This document shows positions 11,473-21,363 of a stretch of 64,000 nt of DNA, piece by piece (the first letter of the stretch is position 1; the number at the start of each line of letters is the position of its first letter). The notes below the pieces were generated by a model that was given only the letters and a program-made list of their open reading frames with translations, did no database searches and was not told where the DNA came from. The DNA comes from Felis catus. Taxonomy: Eukaryota. The stretch is taken from contig NC_058370.1 in NCBI RefSeq assembly GCF_018350175.1, forward strand, positions 135,966,001 to 136,030,000, written 5' to 3'. A program made the position numbers and the translations under genes.

Positions 11473-13299
11473 TAAAATTTCACATCTGTGTGGAATAATA
11501 CTTGGAAACAAAGCTCGCATTCTTTTAACGGAAGTGATTTGCTGCGCCAAAGCGTGTGGCAGGGAGGTGAGTGCCACGGTCCGGCCACATGGCTTTAAGT
11601 GGACAAATCACCGTGTCACGTTGTGCTGTCCCTCCCCACGTGCGCCTTCCTGCTCAGGCTTCAGCTAAATTCATTTTACGTAGCTGGGATTCTGAAGGCG
11701 AGGCACAGAAGGCATTCTTGCATAAGCTGGGAGGTCACGAAAGGGTGTGTGCGGTGGGGGGGCGGGGCTTCTGAGTGCCGTGGGGGAGGGGACGCTCAGC
11801 CCATTCTTTCCGGGCAGCAGGTGCAGCTGCAACACGGCAGGTGCAATGTGAAGAAAGCACCGCACGATGCTGAATAGGAGAGTCAGGATCGCTCCATTTT
11901 CTCTTTTGAGAGCTTCCACGCTAAGTATTCCCATGTGTGGAGGGGAGATGGCCCCTTCCTCGTTGGAAAGCGGTTAGTGGACGATCGACAGCAGAGGAGA
12001 TGCTCATCTCCGCCTCCGAGCGACTAGACTGCACCCGTGGGTCCTCACACTTCCTTGGGAACATGCCACCTCCCCCGGCGTCGGCTTTCTTCTTAAATCA
12101 TTTTGACTCCACAATTGTGGGAGGGCCAAATGGACTTTGTTTGGACCGACCTTGTGCAATGTCACCTTAAAAATTATGATTTCCCAGGTGGATTCCTTAT
12201 TCCTTAAATGGATCAATGAATTTAATTGTTTTGGGGGACAATTAAAAAAAAAAACTTGGTCAACGGAAGGAAAATACAGGAAGGGGTTACTTCTCAGTAA
12301 TGTTTTTGTTCCAGAAACATGCCCACACGATGCAAATATGCCAGAGGTGACCACTTTATTATCACAAACAGCCGTGTGAACAATCCGGTTCAAGAATGAG
12401 GGCCAGTTTGTGGAATGGATTGGGATGTCACAGACACGGGAAAGGTTTAAGATCTTAGAAGCTGGCCATGTCAGTTTCTACCTGGCCAGAGGATTATTGG
12501 GATTTGTAATCCAGCAATGATGGGCAGAGTATTGTATTTTTTCACACAGGGTTCTTGTTTGTGAAAAATTGCTTCACGTTGCTTGAAACCGGCGGAGGGT
12601 TATCACGAAGGCATCTGTGGTCTCATGAGGAATTTCCGGGAATTGTAAACCCTGCACACGGCAGCTCACCTTCCCTGTGGCCTCTCCCACGTCTGGACAA
12701 GCACAGCCAGACACGTCGGTGGCCAGAGCAAAGGGCTCCGCTGGGTGGGGGGGTCTGCTTGGAAGGCTGCATTGATCGGAGCGGGAGGATTACCGAGCTA
12801 TGGACTGTTAATCAATAGATATGGGTGCAGCCCCTTGCTCTCAGTGCAGTCGGGTTAATAAGTGTCTACACAGAACAATGGGCTGAAACACAATCTCCCC
12901 ATTCAAGGAGCCCAAAGACGTAGGACTGTTTGTTTCCACAGCCTCTTTGGGGGCATTGGACCTTCACCCGAGTGTGGCCTGGGCAGTCTGGTCGGCTACG
13001 GGTGCTGTGTTCCAGAGACCTCTGCCCAGCTGACATGGCAGGGCGGTCTGGGGAAGTGTTTGTGGGAACCCCAAAGCCTTTGTTGGCTCCCGCTTTGTCT
13101 CTCTGACGATGGCATGTAAAACTGTTCGTGGTTTTGTGCCTGAGACTTTGGGGTCTTATTGGGCTTGGCAGTAACTCACGCAGAATACCAGCAGTTTAGG
13201 AGACAAGGAGAAAGGCCCATGTTCCCTGACACAGAATGTGCTAGACTGCCAGACCCTTGCTTGAGCAGAAAGCATCACCTGCTCTCAAACAGAAAATGA

Positions 13300-13530
13300 G
13301 GGGTGCCTGGGTGGCTCAGTCAGTTAATTAATTGTCTGACGTCGGCTCAGGTCACGATCTCACAGTTCACGGGTTCAAGCCCCACCTCGGGCTCTCTGCT
13401 GTTGGCGTGGATCCTGGAGCCTGCTTTAGATCCTCTGTCCTCCTCTCTCTCTCTGTCCCTCCCCCTCTCATGCTCTCTGTTTCACTGTCTCAAAAATAAA
13501 TAAACATTAAAAGATATTAAAAAAAAAGAA
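13300..13530 (+). mobile_element. CanSINE; A-tail extends into (GGAA)n to ~13600
   Basis: GGGGTGCCTGGGTGGCTCAGTC head, AATAAA tail. Confidence 0.93.
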
Positions 13531-15799
13531 AATGAAAGAAAAAGAAGAAAGGAAGGAAGGAAGGAAGGAAGGAAGGGAGGAAGGGAAGGGAAGAAATAAA
13601 ATGATAAGACAACCTATAGGTGTTTGATATGTAGAAAAATGTCAGAAGACTAGAGCAAATACCCCGTGAATATTTAATCGCATGTTGTCTAAGAAAATCA
13701 GGCCTGGTGCAGTCATATATTTTCTCTGGCAGAGGTGGAGATGGGAGCTGAAGGATCAGAGAGGAAATCTGTGTGTTTCTCGAGCCCAGAAAGCCCACGG
13801 TTCCAATCACCCGTAGTTCTGATATGTCCTACTCCACATAGACAAAGGCATAGAAACAGCCTCGCCTACAGATTTCAGTACAAGTAAGCATGTGCAACAC
13901 CGAAAGCGAAAGAGACTTTGAGTCCGTGCTGTCCTGCGGGAGGTCTCAGTTTCCCTTGGACAGACAGTCCCGATTTCAAACGTTTTGTTCCACGGACCCC
14001 CCATCGCTCTGACACTTGCCCAGATAGAGCTGTGACTTCAGTGCAGCTGATCCCCACCTTCGCGGTCTTTCGGTCCCTTGCTGGAGGTCAGTTTCCAAGC
14101 ATAATTTCTCACACTTGTGGTTGTGTAATTAAAAAAACAAACCACACCCACACACACAAACCACACCCTCACTTTTTAAAACACGTAATCGTATAACAAG
14201 AAAGGGAAAAATGGGTTCAAGCTATTTAAATAGGCAGGGTTGACTGCTTGTTCATTTTCTGCAACCGCAACGCGAAAGCTGCGTATACGATTTATCGGCG
14301 ATTCGTGTTTTCGAATGACAAATCCTTTCGTTTTTAACTTGTAGACTCTCGTCTGCATTCCTGTCCTGAGTGCACCCACTCTCCCCACGTTTGGGATGGT
14401 CAGATGGGTTAGATGGCGACAGTGGAAAGAAAGGGTACTTCCTGTCTTCCTAGTATACCTCTCCTTCTCCACGGAGGCCAGCCCCGGTGAAGGGGGATCT
14501 GTACCCCCCCCCCCCCCGGAAACCACCACTGGTCTGGCCTTCCTGTGCACTAGGATTCTGTGGATCACTTCCCTTGTCATAAGCTGACACAGGAATAGAG
14601 ACGAAAATATTTTATACCAAGTTCTTCCATTTCTATGTTGTACACTTTTAGAGTCACATCATTTACTGCATTAAGAATGGGCTTTAAATATGTTAGCGCG
14701 TGAGGTTTTCCATGCATTTCTCCCGTTATGACCTCTGCTTACACTCTCTCCATTCTTTTGACTCTGGTGTCTGATGATGTTCCCCCGGAGGCTAAGAAGG
14801 AGAAAAGAAAAACCGAGGGAAGGGAATATCTCCAAGTGCATTTTTGATCATTTTTATGCTTAATGTGAGGTTAAGGCACGAATATCAATTCTACAACCCC
14901 GAATCAATAATGCTTTTATTATTGCAGCATTGAGCGCTTCGTACATGGAGTGCTCTGGTGGAAAAGTACTGGGAAGCCAGTACAAAGCGTGGGTCCATTT
15001 TTTTTTTTTTTTTGTCTATGGTTTCTGGCAAGTAGCCTAAGTGAGTGATTACCTTCTTTCGCTCTGTTTCCTCAAAATGAAGGTGATAATAGTGGCCTCT
15101 TTTTCTTGATAAGAATGTTTTGTGATCATAGATAAAAAGACCTTCAATTTTTAAAGTTATAGTAACCATTTTTTTTTAAACAAAAATTAGGATGTATTCT
15201 GGCATGGGGGTAAGCTCTTCTAAATCAGGAAGATTCTGGAAAATCCTGATAGGAGTAAATTCGAATCTAATGCAATAAAGTGCCATTTATTTTTCCCTTT
15301 TACAGAAAAACGCATTCCCTAGACACATCTGATGATTCTTTGAAGTTGGTATTCACAACACGGTCATAACTGAATTTTTAAGTATGCGTGAATTTAACAG
15401 ATAACGGGTACTGCTTTATAGCTTTTGAATAAGGTTGTAATTCGAAGGTTGTGATTTTGGGTCATTTTCCTTTTATTTCTTCCAGTAAAGGAGTCTCTCA
15501 TGTATAGGGGGGGCTATCATCTTGTGTAATCTGTGATGCCAATTCTCTGTGTTTTACTCCGGCAAGAAGCATGTAAAATGAGATTCAGCCCCACTGAAAT
15601 CGAGTCTGAAGAATGGAAATAGGTAAATTGTGATCTTTTAAAAATATGCTCCCTGTTTTCTTTGGATTTATTAGCCATACCGGACACACGGTTTCCCATT
15701 GAATCTTCTTCTGTTTGTAACCTTGCCACTGCAGGCGGATTGGGGATTTGGAAATAGAAGTAAAGCAGGTCAGAATAGACGAAGCACGTACATGAGTGA

Positions 15800-15980
15800 A
15801 CGGTCGTGGGCAAGTCATTTAAACTCGGAGTTTCCGGCTATAATGGATGAAACGGGTGTACTACCACCTACGGCGAATAGATTGCTTTCTGAATTCACTG
15901 AAATTCTTCGAGTGTAGTACCTTACAGCCCTGGTATATTCTAAATGCCCATACTGATATCTTTGATTATTATTACTATTA
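15800..15980 (+). mobile_element. MIR, degenerate
   Basis: GGGCAAGTCATTTAAACTCGGAGTTTCC…TATAATGG and (TTA)n end. Confidence 0.55.
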
Positions 15981-16789
15981 TCTACACTGTCAGGGGCTAA
16001 AGAACCCTGACAAGGGTCTGAACCAAGATGGAGACAGAGAAGGAAAGGCCACAGTAGTCTGGGGAACAGAGCTGGATGGCTTGAGGAGTCAGGTTTCATT
16101 TATTTTCTGTGGTCAGCCAGGTCAGCTTATCTGCCTGGGACCACAGTGTCTGAGAAGCGGTGATTTAGAATTCAGGAGGGACTGGGGCCATGTGGATGCT
16201 CCTTTCCTGTTCTAACCATGAATCCATCGGCTGCTCTCCATTGCTAAGGGGCTCTGTTGTGCTGGGGGCCTTTGTTCCCTTCTCTGCTAAGGCTCCCCTC
16301 ACACCGATCTTCATTAATCCAGGGAGGAGGACTACTCAAGGTTTCCTGGTCTAGAAGTCACTCATAATCCCACAGAGCCTGTACTTGTTTCCCTTTGCCC
16401 ACCATAAAGATGATGCATCTAGCCAAAGCATTTGGCAGGAATCTCATTAAAGAAACTAGATGAGACTGTGGTGAGTGACTCTTTCAATCCGAGGTGCGTT
16501 CCAACAACGCGAGACGTGTGCCATCCTCTCCGGCACTTATTTGGGCTTTGGGGGTAGGGTTTAGCTGAAGAGAAAGAAGGTTTATGTCACGATGCCAGCT
16601 TTCAAACTCCCTGTTCTGTTTGACACAAGCAGTGGCAGGAAAAGGACTCTAGGAGCATTCTTCATGTTGCAGGGTACTCGTGGATCAAAACTTTTGGGGG
16701 GAAAAGAGAAGAGGTGTGAATACTCCCAAGATAACTGCTTAGTTTAGGTCCCATTAAGCCAGGGGCTTTGAGAGAAAAATTGGGGAGCA

Positions 16790-17700
16790 GCTCTTTGAAA
16801 TAAAAACGTAGTCACTCAGTAGAAGGAACAGAAGACAGATTTGAGGACATTTCCCAGAAAGGCGAACAAAAAGACCAAGGATCAGATAATAGAAAAGTTC
16901 CTTAAATTAGAGGCTCAGCCCAGAAGATACAATATCTAAGTAATAGGGCTTCCACACAGACACCAAAGAAAAGGAGAGAAAAAAATCTTCAATGAAGTAC
17001 TTGAAGAAAATTTCTCAGAAACAGGCACATAGGTCTTAAAACTGAAAGGATTCACCCAGTGGCCAGCACAATGGAAGGAAAAAAGCCCCCTACTGAGTGA
17101 TATTATCATGGCATTTCAGACACTAGAGACAAAGATCCTACAAGTTCCCCGGGAGGAAGAAAGGAATCACTTACAAAGCCGTTGGATTCAGAACACCATG
17201 GACTTTAAGACAGCAGTGCTAGAAGCTACAGGAAAATGGAATAATGCCTCCACGCGTCTGAGAAAAGATACTCTTCGATTTATATTTGACACCCAGGGAA
17301 GCCATCAATCAAGTATGAGAGTAGAATGCAGACATTTGCAGACGTGCAAAGTGTCAACACCTCACCACCACAGGATATGCCGTGCAAGAGAAGCACGTGG
17401 ACAAAGGGGATCCGTGAGTTGCAAGGACCAAAGATCCAGCAGCAGCAGGTGGAGGGCGTCGCTGGGCGATGGTGTTGGAGACGCCCGACCACACCTGTGC
17501 CACTGCGACCAGGTGACAGAAGGAGGGCCATCCCGTCACAAGATGGACAACTAAAGGGCGCAGAGCATCCATGTTGTTTGAATGTATTGGGTACATGTCG
17601 TGTAGAGATCTGGGGAGGACTTGGCTGAGAGATACATGGAAACCAAGGCAATAGAAAATCAAGAATGGAAATTTCATGGCAAACACAAGGCTACGAGGAA
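16790..17700 (+). mobile_element. HAL1 / ancient L1 ORF1 relic
   Basis: GAAGAAAATTTCTCAGAA…GAAAGGATTCACCCAGTGGCCAGCACAATG…AAGATCCTACAAG…CAGCAGTGCTAGAAGCTACAGGAAAATGG; ORF 17108-17554 has ORF1p-like DFKTAVLEATGKWNNA; frameshifted. Confidence 0.8.
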
Positions 17701-18299
17701 GGAATCGTAGTTAGCATGGGGCACCGTGCTCCAGGAGCACTCAAACTTACCTGAGAGTCTTGTGGTGGCATCTCGGTCCATCCCAGATTGAGAAGGGACA
17801 ATATTGGGAAGATGCATATAATGCATTTGCCATCACAGTTCTCTCCCAGCCACAGAGGTGGCATATCATCCTCTTGAGTTTGACTGTGGGCAGAGGGATT
17901 TTAAGGTTTTCTGCCATAGAGGCTGCTCATGGATCCCAGTCAAAAAGTCGTGGAGACATGAAGACAAGACCACTCATCAACTGAGGGTGGTTCTTGGTTT
18001 GCAGAGTTTGCTTTATTCAGATATAAACCAACTTGCTCCTTAGAGTTCTGAAGAGGGTGAGTGGTGTGTATGGAGACCAAGGAAGAAAGGGGCAGTGAGG
18101 GAGGGCCGAGAGTGGCCCTGTGAAGCGTTTTTGTGCCAGAGGAATTGGAGGTCGGGGGGACCCCAAGGAATTGCTCTGGTGAGAGATTGACTCTCAGGCC
18201 ATTTTTAGTCGTAAAAATCACTCCCAGGAAGATCACTAAATGAAGCCCTGCTTCTGTGAATGAGACCTCACCTTCCTCGGCTGGTGTCTGTTACGTCTC

Positions 18300-19200
18300 G
18301 TTGAAGAAAATTAGTAAAGTACCGAAAAATACAAAGAAATGACCATTGTTTTCATATTGGCGTGTTTTCTTCCCAACCTTTGCTGGTATACTTCTTAAAT
18401 TGGGGGCTTTTTTTAATATATAAAATTTTATATCCTGCTTTCTTCCGCTAAACCTTATACGGTGCTCCTAGGACATTTAAAATTCTTCTAAAATGTATCT
18501 TAATGCAGAATAATATTTCAGTGTATGCTACTTGATAATTTACTTACCTATGTCTCTGATATTAGTGTAAAGGCCTTTCTGATTCTTCACGATGTTGAGG
18601 CAAAATCTTTGTTCAGGAATTCTTGACTGTATTTCTGAGTATCTATCTGGGAGTAGATCTCAAAAAACAGAATCGTTAGGTCCACTTGCCTTTGGAAAGT
18701 TGTCTCAAAGTCCACAGTTAGTGCAGTACAAGAAGACGTTCATTTGTTACGCTCTTATCATCGCTGTGTTTGTTTTTAAACATCTTAGGGCACTTGGGTG
18801 GCTCAGTTGGTTAAGCACCTGACTTCAGTTCAGGTCATGGTCTCGTGGTTCATGAGTTCAACTCCTGTATCAGGTAAGCTTGAGCTCCACTCTAGATGAG
18901 CACAAGCCTTGCTTCCGGTGAACATGGGCCAAGCTTTGGGTGAGCCCTGTTTCTCTCTCTCTCTCTGTCTCTCCACTCTCACTCACTAGTGCCCTCTCTC
19001 CCTCTCTCAATAATAATAATAATAATAATAAAGTAAAGGCTTACCTACCTACTAAAAAATTTAAAAACAAATCTTAGTTAATGTAGTAAGATAATATTAA
19101 ATATCTTAATTTATAGTTTTTACATTTCTGAATGATATTGAATGTGTTTTCATGTACTGTCTGTCACCAGTATTTCTGCTTCTGTGAATTAGTTATCAGC
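18300..19200 (-). mobile_element. Ancient L1 (L1ME-type) 3' region, split by SINE
   Basis: TTTTATATCCTGCTTTC…TAATTTACTTACC…GAATCGTTAGGTC antisense L1 3' motifs. Confidence 0.6.
18788..19065 (+). mobile_element. Variant CanSINE with internal 22-bp tandem array (SINEC_Fc3-like)
   Basis: GGGCACTTGGGTGGCTCAG head; four 22-mers; (CT)n; (AAT)n tail; TSD AAAC(AA)ATCTTAG. Confidence 0.85.
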
Positions 19201-19643
19201 GGGTTTCATCCCACCCACAGGAGGGTTTTAAAAAATGCACCTTGACTATTTTCATTATCTTCTGTGTTTGTCACAATTACATTTCCTCTGCCGGGCTGGT
19301 TTGCTGGGGCTCCTCTTATATTCTGTACCAGGTGATGGATGGGGTATCTTCCTCTCTCTTCCTCTCTATCTTCAAGCGGGAGAGGTCTGGCTGCCAACAT
19401 TATGTCTCAGTGTCTCTTAGGGGTGTCTTTACCGCGCTCTGTGCCTGTGGCACTGCTGTCTCTCACTCGGGCTGCTGTGGCGTCCTTCCTGGGTGGAGAG
19501 ACTACTTTCTACTCTTTCTACTCTTTGTCTTTCTACTTCGACGGTCCTCCCAGAGTCGACATTCAGGTGTCTCTGGATCTGCTTGGAATGCATGCTCCCC
19601 AGCCTTCAGCACAGGCACGCACACATGCACGCTGATGTTTGTG

Positions 19644-19674
<31 letters not shown>

Positions 19675-19728
19675 TCCTCACCATATCTGTCTTCCACGCA
19701 CCTTCTAGTTCTTAGCTTAAATGCCGTC

Positions 19729-20020
19729 TGTGGTGAGCTAGATGGTGACCCCCAGAGCGTGTGAATGCCACCTCATTTGGAAAAGGAGTTTTTGCAGACA
19801 TAAATTAAAGATCTCAAGATGAAGGCCTTACAAGCATCTACAAGTCTCTTTATGGCACGTGGGAGACAGGACACGCATGGGGGAGAAGGGCATGTGGAGG
19901 CACAGGCAGAGATTGCAGGGTTGTGGCCAGAAGAAGGAGGGAGGCCCACGGCCGCCGGAAGCTGGAAGAGGCAAGGGGTGGATGGTTCTCTCGAGCCTTT
20001 GGAGGCAGTGGGGGGCCCCT
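19729..20020 (+). mobile_element. MLT1C/D-like MaLR LTR, 3'-deleted
   Basis: TGTGG start; TGTGAATGCCACCTCATTTGGAAAAGGAGTTTTTGCAGA…GAAGCTGGAAGAGGCAAGG. Confidence 0.8.
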
Positions 20021-20165
20021 GGATTTCGGCTCAGGTCATGATCTCATGGTTCATGTGTTTGAGCCCCACGTCGGGCTCTGTGTTGACAGTGAGGAGCCTG
20101 CTTGGGATTCTCTCTCTCTCTCTCTCTCTCTCTCAAAATAAATAAATAAATAAATTTCTTAAAAA
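20021..20165 (+). mobile_element. Headless CanSINE fused to MLT1
   Basis: Starts at GATTTCGGCTCAGGTCATGATCTC; (CT)n; (AAAT)n tail. Confidence 0.88.
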
Positions 20166-20399
20166 GATTTCAAATGTGACTTCCGGGAGACAGGACCCCA
20201 CACGAACATGGTGTGTTTGGTCATATTTGGCAAGGCTACTCGTCCCATTGACGGAGCTGGGTTTTCTCCTTTTCCTCTTTCTGACTTTTGCTTTTATTGC
20301 ACGAGTACCTGGTGAGACGTTCTGCCACAGTGTGCCACAGTGTGCCACGTGTGCCACTGCACACGTATATTGTGTAAAGCAGGAGGTCTCCCTTTCCTT

Positions 20400-21150
20400 C
20401 CACCGACATGCCCACAGTTTTCTGCATTTACATACGTGTACGTATACACATAGGTGCATACAGATTTTATAACATTCATAAGATCACGTTAAACACACTC
20501 TTTTTCCTAAAATTTGCTTTCTCACCTAGTGATGTGAATATGCATTTTCAGGTCAACACATGTACCATTAACTCATCATTGCCTCATAACCACACAGCTA
20601 CCTGTCTGTTCCACAATTGGGTTGTGCCATGACTCCCTTTACCGTGTCCTATTGATGGACATTCATATTTTCTACGTGATCCCTTCCCCGAGGTGGCAAT
20701 GATTGTCCTCACACTTACAACTTAAAAGTTTTCACGAATATGCTTTAAAAAGAGCTTCTACAAGACCAATTGCTACATCAAAGGGAATTTAAATTTCTGA
20801 TGGGTGCTAACAATTAGCCTTCAAGGAATGTTTTGCCAACTTATCCTCCCGTCAAAATTATATACTACTGCAGTTTCCCACATTCTTGCAACACTTTAAA
20901 AACTTTTCCAATCTATTGGGTGAAAAATAATACATATTTAATTATCGTTTTAATTAGTTCTCACTTGACTGCTAATGATACCACGCTTTTTATGAGGTAA
21001 GTAATTGGCTCTAAAATTTATTCTCTACGTACTGCCTGTTCATTTGCTTTGTTTACTTTTCTATTAGTCTATGAATATTTTCTTTTATTGATTTGTAGGC
21101 ACTCTTTATATATTCTTGAATAAATCCTTCTATTCTTTCCTGTGCTTCTA
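20400..21150 (-). mobile_element. Ancient L1 (L1ME-type) 3' region
   Basis: CCTATTGATGGACATT…TTTCCCACATTCTTGCAACAC…TTGATTTGTAGGCACTCTTTATATATTCT. Confidence 0.75.
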
Positions 21151-21167
21151 CAGGTTGTACAGTTTTT

Positions 21168-21363
21168 TTTTAATTTAAATTTTTTTTAACGTTTATTTAT
21201 TTTTGAGACAGAGAGAGACAGAGCATGAACGGGGGAGGGGCAGAGAGAGAGGGAGACACAGAATCGGAAGCAGGCTCCAGGCTCCGAGCCATCAGCCCAG
21301 AGCCCGATGCGGGGCTCGAACTCACGGACCGTGAGATCGTGACCTGAGCTGAAGTCGGATGCT
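21168..21363 (-). mobile_element. Felid CanSINE, 5'-truncated (lacks A-box head)
   Basis: Ends at GAAGTCGGATGCT; TSD AGGTTGTACAGTTTTT at 21152 and 21366. Confidence 0.93.

Noticed and set aside
14221-14234. MEF2 site in palindrome GCTATTTAAATAGG
   Set aside because: The A/T spacer is 6 bp rather than the 4 bp of CTA(W)4TAG.
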